Shown: positions 25,883 to 39,893 of the stretch, in pieces
How positions within the stretch are numbered: position 1 is the first letter of the stretch
How the letters are laid out: every line of letters starts with the position of its first letter
DNA from: Trichosphaerium sp. ATCC 40318
Taxonomy: Eukaryota > Protista > Tubulinea
Direction: 5' to 3'
DNA: 64,000 nucleotides
Assembly (NCBI GenBank): GCA_038496445.1
Contig: JALMLS010000354.1
Location: 124,001-188,000, forward strand
Position numbers and translations under genes: made by a program
Notes under the pieces: generated by a model
Seen by the model: the letters and a program-made list of their open reading frames with translations, nothing else
Told to the model about the DNA's origin: nothing
Databases searched by the model: none

Positions 25883-28800
25883 TTAAAGCCTTGGTGCATG
25901 GCGAGCTCGTTTGGTTTTGCTGCCTTTTCTCTTCTTTTTTTTCCCTTTTTCTTTGCGCTTATCAAGAGGCTGTCCTATTGTTGTTATGATTTCATCAAGC
26001 TTGTCAACTTCTCCATTGGTCAGACTTGCTGTAATAACATCAAACTTGGAGAAGATGTGTCCATGCAAATAAGCTAAACAAGACCAATATAACGGTTCAG
26101 GGACTACAGGATCATCGCTAAATGCAATTACTTCTGTATCTTCAATATCCGTTTCCTAGCACGTGTTAGAGAGGACGATATCTTTTGACGACTTCAAAAA
26201 ATCGTCAAATACATAGTTGGGCTGACGTACGCATACTGAGTCGATGAACTGTACGAGTCGCTCTTGATTTGTTAAAACGAATTCATTCATTTTCTCCATG
26301 TAGTCTTCTTTTATGCCAGGAAGTGTAAAGTTGGCCAGATTCTGAAGTGTCTTGGAAATGAGTACATAATACCTCTGAGACATATCGTTCGGTGGTCCTG
26401 GTAGTAATCCATACACTTGAGGTGTCATTATCGAAGGACATAGGAATCGGAGGAATATAAAACCGCCAACACCCTTGTAGTCTGTGTTATTTGAAGGGAA
26501 CTTCTTGGACACTAGAGATTTTACTTTCTTAGCAATAACGTGAAACTCACTAAAAAGGTGAAACAATGGTTAGTACGAAATAAACAAACAACTTTCTAGT
26601 GCGTACTCTCGCATAAAATCTGAAGATGTTGATATGCCTTTGAAAATGATTTGCGTGGTGAGAAGGAGTTGCAGTTGGTTAATTTTAATATCCGAGTCGA
26701 GATCTAGACCTCTCATATCCATGTTTTGGTCCAAATACGCATCTTCCAATCTCTCACGATCCACTTCCATAGTTCCTGGCTACATTGCATGTAAATAACA
26801 AAAGGTAATTCGGGTTTAGGGCAACACATGTAAAAATAAAACTTGAAGGAATAAAACAAGGATCGTACACTGAAGAGGCCGGTGGCAGATGAGGTTGGGG
26901 CTGTGTCTTTGCCCAATTCGGCAAGTACATTAACGTTCACGGCTATTAAATAGTGTAAGTGCATTAATTGTTTGATAAATGAGTACCCAGCGTGTTCCAC
27001 AGGTATTTGAGACCTATTTGAAATAATGTAAGTTTTGGTTTTATTAAAAGTGGCTAATGTACCGATGATGCGAGCGTAATAAGAGAACATCTTAACTGCT
27101 ACAGAATCTGAACGGAAAAGGACAGCAGCATTGGCTAGTAGTAAAACGTTAGCATGTTCCTGGCAACTGCAAGAGAGAAGGAAAGCATACAGGAGTTCTC
27201 CACCTCCTTAGTGATAAAGTGAAGCAGCAGTTCTAAGGCTTGGCCACGATGATAGAAATAGTACAATAATGCTTTGGAAAGCACATCAGATTCTCCAGCA
27301 CGCGCTTGGTCGCACATTTGCCACACCACTGGGCTCGTAGGGTCACTTAGGAACTAGGCAACAACATTAAAAAACAAGAGATGAAGGTTGTTGAGTTACC
27401 TTTTCAAGTTCTCTTAGATTTTCCTTGTGCCCAGTGACGTTGTACCTCAGACTGCGAGCATGGGCAAATGCGTAGTTATTCCAGTCAGGTTCAACAAGAT
27501 TTTTCTGGTGGGCAGGTTATCAGTATTAACTAAAATGGGAAAAAAGTACAAGACATACCTCAACACGTTTAATGATTCTATCCAAGCGACGTTTGTACCT
27601 TGCAAATCGCCTATTGTGCCATAGATATAAGGCTAGAATGATAGCAATGATGATCAAGAGTACAATTATTACAATAGCCGATATGATACCCTTTTACAAG
27701 AGAAACCAAGATAAGTACAACAACAAATATTATAGTGGCTTACCGCGCCAATGCCTTCTGTTTCAATAGGCACATTATCTTCAAAAGTGAATTGGACATT
27801 TTGCTCGACAAACTTGGTGTCAGTGCCAATCAACAGGGTTAGCTCTGTAGTTTGTGTTCCTGAAGCAGGAGCAACGCACAATATGTGCGTATCATTTTGT
27901 ACTTGTGCAGGAACATTAACACCTCCGAACGAACACATCAAACTTGGATAAGGTGCAAAGTTGCTACCAATCAAAACTATTACTGATCCACCCGCGGTGG
28001 GCGTAGATGAAGGGTTAACACTTGACAAACCTAAAATACAGGTGAGCTGGCAAAGCTCTAAAAAAAGAAACAATACTGATGATTTTCACGTACGTGGGCA
28101 CGAGGATAAATTGACAATAGTGTTGTTACACAACGTAGATGTGCTACAACCTTGGGATGTAGCACACCAGCCACATCTGTCGTCATTCTCTTGTCGTTCA
28201 CATCCTGTAAAGCAGGACTGTCTACAAATGAGTTTAGATTACAACAATATCGTGTTTAGTAGAAACGCACTGTGGTTGACTTGCAAACGTATTGCGGCAT
28301 ACTACAAAATAGTTTAGTACAACAACAAAGAGCAACTGAACGCACTGATAGGAGATATAGAAATGTCTAGTGCTCGCAAGTTAATGAAGAGCATCCTATT
28401 CCCGTTTTCATAGAAAACCGTTAGCCGATCCAAGTCAGCAGATATAGGCGAAGGTGACAAACACGTGATTTCATCGTTGCTTACAATCTCGCCTCGAGTT
28501 TGAAGGCCACCAAAGTCACAAATTAATTGTAGATTAAGCTGTTCCTTGGCACGTTTCCCCAAAGAACATTGAGGACAAAAATTTTGTCCCTGTATCGTTA
28601 TGGGAGTAGGCGTGTCTCCATCGACGTGGTCTGGCGTAATCAACCCTTTATCGAAGACAGGACACTCTGGACTAAATGGTGTGCAAGTACTAGCCAAATA
28701 GTTTGGTGTGCACTCGTTACTGGAACCACACCAACCGCACAGTGGGTTTTCGTTACAATCCCCACAATCAAATATCGCCTTACAATCTGGATTTGACGTG

Positions 28801-31800
28801 TTAGGTACCTCATGTCAAGTTGCAAGCAAACACTACTATAAATGCTTTATAAACAAAAACGTACCAACAAGGGAGATTGGGAAGGCATTGGAATATACTG
28901 CATTATCAAGTACTATAGCCACAGCTAAAGGCTGAATGGCAGCAGTTCCTGGATAATCACATTTAAATGAATTTCCAACAGGCTCTGCTCTAGTTCTATT
29001 GAGCTGAAACGATATGCCTGTCAGTGTCCATTCGCAATAATATTCGACAGACGATCCTAAAATCTTAACATTGTCGACGTTGAAGGACACCTCAACAGGT
29101 TGGTTAAACTGCAAAGGTGACGGATCAGAGCCAGTAATAACTAAATATATTGATGAGTATTGGAAGTAAGTGCGACAGTAACTCACCTGGGCACGGATTG
29201 TCTATTGTAGATTGCGTAGCACCATTGACACAAGGCTCCGTTATCTCAAGGCAGTTGCTGAAGTCACACCATTTACAATTGGTAGTTTCTGCACACGACT
29301 TGCAATCTGGTAGAGTCGAGCATGCTAAAAACTATTAGTAGCGAACAAAAAAAATGATTCCACGCACCTCTATAGGCAAATGGTAACGTGTCATTTGCAA
29401 ATTCGGGTGAGCCAACTACCTTCAATTCTATATTCTCCGAAAACAATACCTAGTCACATATTAGCCAGTGATTTATACCTCAACTCATAACTTACGCTTG
29501 GTGCGACGCATTGCAAGATTGATGAACTCGACGTTCTAACTGCATCAACCTCAGTTGCACCAAACAAGCATCTATAACAGCATGTTAATCATTGGAATAC
29601 TAATCGCCAACAAACGCACGTGTAATTTGTAGATTCGAAAAATACAGTGCTCTCTACAGATACGTTGAAGCCTCCGCTTACTGATCCCGCCGTGGGACTG
29701 ATACTAACTAGTCTAGGACATGCATTTATCGCAGAGCCAGGAGGGCACGAAGCTGTTATATCAGCAACAAGTCCACATTCGCTGTTGGTGTAACAAAAGC
29801 TACAAGCCGGTCTGGTATTACCAACACAAGTGTCACATGCCTTTGATGTGCTACAATCTACGATAAATATGAGAACCTGAAATCCATAAAAGTAATTGAT
29901 TACCATAATACTCTACTGGTTCCTTAGCTCCAGCGTAGAGTACATCATCTACATACACTTCTACTGTGTAAAATCCAACAAGTGATATTACTGGTTCACA
30001 GCTAACAGTTTTATTGGATTGGCGCACAGCAGAAACGGTTGTAGATTCGGAACCACCTGAAACCACACACTAAAATAAACGTCAATTTGCCTTAAAGATA
30101 ATAGAACCGTACTGTATAGGATGGTCCTTCCAGGAACGGAAAAGAATTGTCTGTGAGGCTTAGTGCTGTAGATTGACCTAACAATACGCCACGGGGTTCA
30201 GGTTCTACCACAGGACAAGAGGCAGTATTACGTCTTTGGTTGATTGAAGAACAACTGCTATCTTTTTTGACGTTAGCAACAAATTGCGGTGTAACAATAA
30301 GTCGTACCAAATGCAGTTTGGCACGTTAATCCATCTAAACACCAAACACACGAATCTTTTGACGCTGTACATTCGCCGCAACTTCCATTCAACATACTGC
30401 ATTCTATAATAAATCAGTGTATTTACAACAAATCACCTAGCGTACCAAAAAATGACACAGTAAAAGATTCGACAAATGACGGGCTACTAGCAAACTGCAA
30501 AGAGAGCGTCCAATCACCTAGCTCTGGAGATGGTGGTAATGGACACCTCAATGAGGTCCTTGTCGTAGCAATACCACGTGTTGTATTACTCATACCAGAG
30601 CGCATCCATACACACGAATAAAAGACACGAAGAAAAGGGGAATCCTCTGGAAGAATGAACGCATCTGAAGCAGCGGTAACAGTCACTGCTTCAATTGGTC
30701 CATTGATGAGCACAGAGGATGGAGAAACGCCCTCAAGTACTAGATATTACCGTTAGATGGATACATAAGATGAAATACGTACCTGGGCATTCAGCAGAAG
30801 GTACTCTTAAAGGACCAATGCATACATCTTTAATATTTTTGCACTTATTCTCTAAGACACACCAGTTGCATTCACCGAAATTTGCGCAGGTAGTACACTC
30901 GTCTTGAGCACCACAATCTTGTAAAGTTAGACTTATCAGCAAATATAATAAAGAGCATACCATAGTAAGAGAAGTTTGTAGCATTCGGGAAAACAATGTT
31001 AGAACGCACAACTCCTATCGTAATATTTGCAACTGAAGGCAGTTTTGGCGATCTGCATGTTGCAATTGCTCCTGTATCAATAAATTTGGCCTCAGAGCAT
31101 GTAATATTGTCCCCTACAGCAGTAGGGCATTCGTCCATATCCGGTAAATCAGCTGACCCTGTAAAGGTACAGAACACATCAAGCCCAAGAACAGCTAAAT
31201 AATGTTAGTCTTAAGAAACACTTGTACAAGAGAAACACGTGCCTGGTCCTTCAACAGAAATACTGGTACCTCCAGCTATATCACCATTGTTTGGCGATAC
31301 AAAAAACTCCCCTGGGCATTCATAATCGAAAGCAACTGTCGAAAAATTACAAGAGGCAGTAGAGCTCACACAAGACTGTTCGGTCGTATTAAGGCACCAA
31401 TAACATGTGCCAAATGAATCTGAGCCAACGCATGATGAGCATGATGTGAATGTTCCGCAATCAGGAGGTGTTATAACATTCACAAAAGGTATAACAGAAG
31501 AGAATGTTTGAAACAAATCAACATAAATGATTGTAGAATCGACAAAGCCTGTATGTAATAAGTGTGAAAGCAGTTAACCTCTTGAAAAAAAAAAATACAA
31601 ACCGATTGCTAATCCACGAAACCGTCCATCCCTTGGATTAAAGTCCGGGTGTGCTTCGATTTCATCCCCATCCACGGCACCCAACTCAAATGAAGCCACG
31701 CTTAATACATAATTAAACAATGCAATGATAGAAGCAAACAAACCTTCTGAGCTGTTCTTTGTATTTGAATATGCGCAATGTGTCCGCCACGCCAATATAT

Positions 31801-32926
31801 GGTTGCTCTTCTTCCCAAAACATCACGGCAAGATTGTTTCGAGGGCTGAACCCTGCCGATACGATATCGAGTGGTTGTAAGGCACTGAACTCAACAAATG
31901 GCACTAACGTATATTATGCAAGAAAACAGCAGATTTAGCGAAGTGGGTACCTCTCAACACGTTTTCAAGGTTGCCCTGCATAATGTCATATTTTAAGACA
32001 ATCCGAACAGTGATCAGACGTTCCATGTAAACGAATAAGAACCCGTCAATAATGCGCATTTGGCGTATGACAGGTATCACGTCAGCAACCATAACTGGTT
32101 CTTTAGTGAGGAGATCCATAGATAACAACGCATATCGCCGTAGTTGAACTACTCTACAGGCTATGAAAGCTGTTTGGTTAAAATCAGTAATCTCCACATC
32201 GATGATTACTTCACATGTGCCATTGTCGACAGCAAAAGACGCCGCATTACGATCCTACGATAGCTGAGACCGGTTGTTGAGGAAAGAATTAGACGTACAA
32301 CCACAACAACACCTGTTTCCACATTTACTACAATAAATCGTGTATCATCCACTTGTACATCTACAAGCGCTGCTAATGACGAACTTGCACGCAAACTGCG
32401 CAGAGAAGTCTAAAAAAGGTGAGTAAGTGTCATTTATTAGGTACAAATATTTATTGTACCCCATTGTGCAAAAACGTCTTTGTTGTAGTTGAGAAGTCCA
32501 GCAATGCTAGATATCCTTTATTTAAGCGCAGAAAGCGATCATCATCAATAACCGCCAACTGCTCACAAGCTTCAGCCGCGTTGTTAGGGATACCAGCGAC
32601 ATCGAATGCCGTAGTCATGTTTCGCGTTGTAATAGTACTGGTCGCGTCGATCTTAAAACAGCAATTAGTGTTTACAGGCATCTTTCGAACCATTAGAGTA
32701 CCATGAGCATAAAGTGCGTATGAGATGTAGCGTTTGCTTCAAAATAGTACAAATACGCGTAACCATTCTGTACTGTAGCGCACAACGCTTCAGTAAAGTT
32801 TGTGCCTGAAGGTACAGCAACCGCATCGAGTTGTGACGAAGTTATATTAAACGAGGAAGCAAAATCAGCGGCATACGCAATTTGTACGCACAAAGAAATA
32901 GCAACAATAACCAAAGGGGTTCGCAT
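25883..32926 (-). CDS. Single-pass receptor: signal peptide, beta-rich N-region, ~7 PSI plus several IPT/TIG domains, TM helix, cytoplasmic RasGAP domain
   Basis: Signal MRTPLVIVAISLCVQIAYA; PSI motifs CxxxxxCxxC...CxWC; IPT (SISPTAGSVSGGFNVSV, VNPSSTPTAGGSVIVLIGSNF); TM GIISAIVIIVLLIIIAIILALYLW at ~27620-27690; RasGAP arginine finger VLFRSDS and GGFIFLRFLCP, ISKTLQNLAN. Confidence 0.88.
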
Positions 32927-33064
32927 TGGCTCACGCTTTCTAAGCGTGATTTATGTCACAGAAAAAATTTCTGAGTAGACTAAAGTCAACGCCGCGAATT
33001 ATTTGTACACGCATCTGCATCAGGCACAAGTCACGCCCCTGTTTGAACTAACGTAGCTAACCAA

Positions 33065-33973
33065 ATGAGTGGAAAAGGTAGAGGTACGAAATGGGCACCG
33101 CATTTACTTTTGTAAAAGCACCGTATGTCCCTCTTTAAATGTAGTGCTCCACCAAAATACGCGTGGGAAGCGTCAAAGCACTGGGGGTTCTATTGAATTT
33201 CTTCTTTTGCTTTACTGCTTAATTTCGTGTATTGTATGGCAACTAGTGTTGCGTTTATATAGTACTCGCTAACACGGCATTTTAAACGCTTAAACGCAAC
33301 TAAAACTGATCTCTTGTCTAGGAAATCAAGGTAAGAAGGAGGCAATCGCCAAAGCCAAAAGGTCTGGAAAGGTCCAAAAGAAAGGAAAATCACGCGTACA
33401 GAAGCTCCGCAAATTTTTCAAACCATCTTTCCACCGCCCACGCACCCAAAACCAAAGAAGACAACCTCTCTTCCCAAAACGCGCCATCCAAAGGACCCCA
33501 GCTCTTGATGAAGTACGCAAAAATCGAGTTTCAATAGTTTCAAGTCTCGCCCTATCACTGTTTTTCCTTTGCCCTCTATCTCACACGCAACCGCTTTGTA
33601 ACACATGTTAGTTCTCCATCATCCGTTACCCTTTGACAACTGAACACGCCATGAAGAAGATTGAAATGAACAACACATTGGTATTTATCGTAGACCGAAA
33701 AGCCTCAAAATCTATGATCAAGCAGGCCATCTGGAAGCTTTACGAAATCAAAGCTCTTAAAGTTAACACACTCATTACGCCTAAAGCTGCCAAAAAGGCT
33801 TACGTCCGTTTGGAACCTGACTTTGATGCGCTTGATGTTGCCAACAAGGTACTTGTCTTTTTTATTGTTTTGCACTCTGCCACCGTTTAATTTTTTTTTT
33901 ATTACCATTGTTTAACGACAAAACCCCTTGTACATTTTTTACTTACGTTTGTGTGTAGATTGGAATCATCTAA
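33065..33973 (+). CDS. RPL23A: 60S ribosomal protein L23a (uL23)
   Basis: [53 protein letters not shown]. Confidence 0.97.
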
Positions 33974-34201
33974 AGAGCTTGTGTAAAAAATAAAATTCAT
34001 CTTGGGTCACCACTCGTCTTTCTTTCTCTTTTTTTATTGTTATCGTTGCAATTTTTTCTGAGTCGCAAAATGGAGTTTGGTATGCTAGCATAAGCTAAGT
34101 AAAATTCAGAGGGTCAAAATGTTGTTAAGTTGTACCTTCCAATTTGCAATAATCCAATGTGGCGCGAAATACCTGTTTCCGCCGCCAAAACATAACTTTT
34201 T

Positions 34202-36435
34202 ATGCGCCACGCGGTCTCGACTGCTTATTGTAAGTTATTTAACCGTATTGGAGCGAAATTACGTGTTAAATTGCTCGAAGACTGGTATAATGTGCGCACA
34301 GATGATGTAGTGCGTCACGGGGCGCGATCAGTACTAAAGTGCGTTTGCCTCGATGTAAACACAATCAATTCAACTGGTACGCTAGGGCCGAGTCTAATTC
34401 GCTGCATGATTGCCTAGTAGCGGCGTTTCCAAAACACACGTGGTTACGATTCCGTTTCAGGTACGTGTCACCTTTTTTTGTGTCATCGCGCTTACTATCC
34501 GCGCAGACACGCAAGGGATGTGAATTGGAAGGATAACAAAGTACAGACGGACTTTCTGGTTTGGGCATCTCATGTGCTGGATATCAAGGCTTTGGACGAT
34601 TGGTACACTGTAGTCACCGATGACATCGCTTCCCTCGGTGGTGCTAGTCTACTGTAGGTGGATTAATAGCAAAGCCTTGTGCTGTAATTTAATGGGGTTC
34701 TAGGCTTCAATTTGACAACTCTGTACAAGCTTGTCTGCAAAGAGCTTTCCCTACTTATGGTTGGCTGCCCTGGCACTTCAAGTGCGTAGTTTTGGACCTG
34801 CTTTTCTAACATAGATGACCTTCAGGCGTGCGCCACAGGGGCATTGGAGCAACGAGCAGAATCAACGTCATTTATTGGATAAGATTGCTGAAAGTGTTGG
34901 CGTTAAGGTACTCGAAGACTGGAGGCGAGTAGAGGGTCCAAGTGTAACTGCACAAGGAGGTTGGAGTATCGTGTACGTCTGCAACGGAATAATGAGTCCC
35001 AGTAACACGATTAAAAGCGGTCGTTATGGATCCCTACACAACTGTTTGCGTTCAGTCTACACCGAATATAACTGGGATGACTTGCTATTCAGTGTGGAAA
35101 CTGCACCGGTGGTGAGTCGATAGATTCTTTGCTCGTATTCGCCGTTAAATGATATTGTCTAGAACGGAGCACGTCGGCGACCAAGCCATAAAGACACACT
35201 TGAAAGAATTGCATGTGCTCTCAATATTAAAGATCTAGGGCAGTGGTATGACATATCTTACGAGCGCGTTGCTGGTAATGGTGGTAATCATTTACTGAGG
35301 CACGACCAACTTTGGATTTGTTTCTGAACCGTTTCAGTACTCTTACAACTTGTTTTAGCAAACACTACAATAAGTCGTTGACGCTGTGCCTTTCTACAGT
35401 ATATCCCAACTATAAATGGACACCGCACTCTTCTGAGTATGTTTTGTAGTTAAAGCAGTACTCTCTCGCTAACATCAACCGCTTAGTTGTGTTGGACGGG
35501 AGTATTGGGATAAGCCATCCTATCACAAGCTCTTTATAACTCTAGCACCCAAATACTTTGATATTGGGGATCGACAGGATTGGTAAGGGTTATCGTTGAC
35601 AATTCGAAGCCTGACATTGGGTTAGGTACCGCATATCAACAGGTCAAATCAAACAATTTGCATGTGCTGGTTTTTTGAAATTTTGGCCACGGATTCTGAC
35701 AACACTGGATAATGGGTATTTGTATAAAATTACACATCTTTTCTACTCACAGTTGTGTTCAGATATTGGGAATGGGAACGATTTGGATGTCCCACAGCAA
35801 AGTTATCAACTCAAAGGTACCTCTTTTTTTTTGACTTTCAACCGCCATGATATTCAAACAACCCATTACAAGGCAATTATATTACCACATAAAGCGCATG
35901 TTCCCACGCAATACGGTTTTGGAAGAACATGTCATTGACATGCGTGGTGCCAGTGAGCATAACCTGTCAGTAGATGTCTTTATTCCAGACCAGAGCATAG
36001 CAATTGAGTACCAAGGTATCACGCAACACCAACCTCTACCCAGTTTAGGTATTCATGTGCTTACCTCGTGTATAGGAAAGCAGCATTATGATGACGGAGT
36101 GTTTTTTAACGACCAGTATTCCCTCGTGCAGAGGGAACGAGACGAAGAAAAGTTGGTGCATTGCCAAAAAATAGGTAAATTGTGCCATGAGGTAACCTTG
36201 ATAGGGACTAATTATCATTGTAGGCGTGTCGCTAGTTATTATTCCATACTGGTGGGACCCAAATGATGTGGATGGCCTTGCTGCAACTGTACGATATTAC
36301 GCACCACATGCCGACCTGGTAGCAGAATGTGACACATCCACGAAACCGTTGCTGTCTTTGCCTACCGAAAACGTGCCAACACGGCTCATGAAACCAAAGA
36401 GTAACCAGACACCACTAGTCACACGGCATCATTAA
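34202..36435 (+). CDS. DWY-repeat protein (~5 repeats) with a C-terminal PD-(D/E)XK-like (Vsr/DUF559/RAP-like) nuclease domain
   Basis: Repeats EDWYNV, DDWYTV, EDWRRV, GQWYDI, QDWYRI; C-terminal SVDVFIPDQSIAIEYQGKQHY...QRERDEEK..CQKIGVSLVIIPYWWD; start uncertain. Confidence 0.8.
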
Positions 36436-36522
36436 CAACCGGTAAGCTAGAGAAGAGAGACTGTGTTTTGTACATTAAATTCTTGTATTTTATTGGTTTT
36501 TTTTGGCGCCCCTTGTATGATG

Positions 36523-39500
36523 CTACTTTCTATTGTTTTGCTTGTCAAATACCACCGTACGACTTTTACCCGGCCGCTTGCCTTTGTATGTGAACCTAAA
36601 AATAAAAAGTTAGCCACGTGGTCTGAAAGTGACAAAAGAACCACAAAGGTACGTACTTGTCTGCAACAACGTCTTTTCTTGTACGGACTTGACCCAACTT
36701 TTTTGTGAGATTCTTTTTCTTGATTCTCGCGCTCAACATTTCCTTTTCTGATTTGAGGTCTGATTTGACGTCTTGATTTGCAAATGTAGTCAATGGCAAT
36801 TGTTTCAGTCTTCTCATATTCTTATCAGCACGTTCCTTAGGCTCTAGACCATCGACTTGTATCTCTCTTCTTGTTTGCTTCTTCCATCGAGTATAAAACT
36901 TTCCAGTCTTGTCGTTTGTGTCACTGACCCATACACCAGCCTCATTACGGACTTTTCCATGCTTCTTTGTGACACCACCTGATAGTGACACGTATTTTTT
37001 TTTAGTACGATCCCAAACTTGCAACTGCCTGTTATTGAACAGTGTCTTGTCGTCATCTCCAGTAATATCGAGAACCATGTCAGTAAGAGATCGTTTGTTC
37101 AAGTTCTCATTCGTCTGAGCTGTTAACCTGAATGAAAACGAAGAATTAGAATAACACGCTCACTTCTCTAGGGTAGAAATTGAGTTTGATGGTAAGACGT
37201 ACCCATCCTCAGCACGTTCTTGTTTTGGAGCCATAGATAGAAAGAATGGGTTTTCTTTGTGGTTTACAGGCTTCTTTAACTTGGAAACGTCTACTGCTTT
37301 TTTCCTGCGTTTTCTGCTTCGTGCTTTAGGTTCTTGTTTTGGAGGCCTTTGACGCTTTGCTGGCACTATTGGTGCTGACTGTTTCTTTTCTTGTTTCTCT
37401 TTAGGTTCCTCTGGCTCTGCGTTCTTGAGTTTTTCTGCTTGTTCCATTTTGTGACGTGTTCGTGCAGTGTCAATGACGAGTCCATGTTTGGATCGCTTTT
37501 GTAGCATTGCCTCAGACGCCTCCGGACCTAATCATGCACTTAGTACTAACCTGGTCACTGCACTGATATGATGCGTACTGGAATAGCCACGGATTTCGAA
37601 AATAGTTGCAGCAGGTCGGAAGTTAGTGATACCATCAAAGAATCCGATTTGATCTTTCCCAGTCACATCACAAAATCGCACTGGTAATAGTAAGCAACCG
37701 TTTTTTGTTCATGTCATCGTACATAGCTGAGGATGTACTTTTGTGCTTTCTAACTTTTTGGAGGCTCTAGCACCAGCACCTGTCGCTCTACCTTTGGTTT
37801 TGAGGTATAACTTATGAGAGTTAACAGCATGTTGCATCATTAGCGCCTAGTGTACATTTAGAATTGCAAGGCTTGAGCGGAACAGTACCATGTCCGGATT
37901 TTTGTTGAGCTTCCTAAACGATAACAGTGTCAGTCTATATTTGACTACTATGTACATAATTGCTCAAAATCACGTACTCTAGGTACTCTATGTTAGGTTC
38001 AAGCAATTCTCTTGGCATTTGTCCATAATATACAGTCTCTGGTGGAGGTGGAGCGACATAGTTATTCTTACTTTTTGTAGCTGTTGCCTTTTTTAAATCA
38101 GAAACCGACAACTTTTTTATGCGATAGTGGTCAACGTACTACTGGTTTCGCTGTTGTTTTCTTGTCAAGGAATGACATCAAATCTACAAAATAAGGGAGC
38201 TCATCATTACCTACAAGAGCGAGGGCTTGTCCAGTTCTACCAGCACGTGCAACACGACCTGATCTGTGAACGAACAACTTGGATGTTCCAGGGAAATCGT
38301 AATGAATAACTGTGTCTAGCAATGGTATATCGATACCACGTGCAGCCAAGTCGGTTACTATCATAATATTCACACGTCTATTACGGAACATATCCAAATT
38401 GACACGTCTAGCCCAATTGTCCATACGACCATAGGCGTAGCAGGTTTTGAATCCTCTACTCTTTAGAATTTCATGCAAAAACTCACAATGAGCTCTGTTG
38501 GAGGGAACAAAATAAGCCACAAAATTGACCTTGAAGCGGTTGAGCGTACTTTGTAGGTGTAAATATCATGGTTTGTGCATTTGCACCAACAACGTGATCC
38601 AAAAGAGATATGATTGCAGCGTATTTTTCCTTTTCTCTTACCATGAAGAATGACATCTAAAGCAAAAAAAAAAGTTATTTCACAATGTTGACATGGAGAT
38701 CTGCCTACTTGTAAATTCTCGGATATCTGTGTATCTGTGTTGAGGCGAACCACTTGAGGTTCCTTTAATCCCGCACGAGCAAAATCAACAAGCATGCTTG
38801 GTAATGTAGCAGAGAGGAGTAGTGTCTGTCTATCAGGTGCACAACTCGCCATAATCTCGTCTGTACAACAAGTCAGACCATTTATACATTAGGACATCAT
38901 TACCTAGATCGTCCTTGAATCCTCTCAACTCAAATAGCCTATCTCCTTCATCAAAGACGAGGTACTGAAGTTTCTTCAAATCGAAACCAATCTAAGTATT
39001 TCAAACTACATTTAGCAAACAAGGGTGTTGTTGCGTCGACTGATGACGCACCTCCTTTATCATGAAACGCAATCGACCTGGTGTAGCAATGATTATATCT
39101 GGGTTATTGTACAATGACTCGAATTGAGTATTCTAGAGAAGAGATGTAAGCGGTGTTATACGAGAAACACCAAATTTGTAAAGAAATTTAATAAATGTGT
39201 CACTTGACAACTCATCAAAATCGACGTACAAGAGCGATACCACCTGAAATAAAGGCGATGCGCAGATCTAATAATTGATGTAAGTGAAAAGCAAGTGTTT
39301 TGAGTGGATTTCATGGAACCTGTGTGCGTTGATAATTCATAGCAAAAGTTACGTGTTTGTAACGCCAGTTCACGCGTTGGAGACAAAACCAAAGCTCTTG
39401 CGCCAACCTTTTTGAGAATAAGTATGAGAAAAAAACCACAAAAATTTCTAGGGTAATTCTCATTGCTTGTCATACCTCCTGAGAGTGGCGTTGTAATTTA

Positions 39501-39813
39501 TGTACAAGCGGAATTAAAAATGCAGCTGTTTTACCTAGATAGAAATTAAAATTAAAGTTACGCGTCTATATGGCGTTTTACACGCATTCAGGGCATTGAG
39601 GTGCCATTACATACCAGAACCAGTACGAGCCATCGCGACGACGTCTAAACCTTGCATAGCGAGTGGAATTACCTTCCTTTGTATAGGTGTAGGCACTTTG
39701 TAGTTCAATTTGAAAATGGCCTTCATTATGAACCGTGGGAGCCCAAAGGCATTAAACCCGCCTTTTTTGGTCTTTGTGACCACTTTCTTTTCTTCCTCGT
39801 CGTCACTGTACAT
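36523..39813 (-). CDS. DDX54: ATP-dependent RNA helicase DDX54/DBP10
   Basis: [64 protein letters not shown]-terminal DBP10CT-like WDRTKKKYV...NEAG. Confidence 0.93.
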
Positions 39814-39893
39814 GGTTGAACTGAAAACGTGTTTAACAAAAAACCACTGAAACTTTTTGACTTCATTTACTGTCCCGTGACAAGTTGCTAGCC

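Noticed and set aside
33078-33321. snoRNA in the unusually long RPL23A intron
   Set aside because: No clear C box (RTGATGA) or H/ACA structure visible by eye
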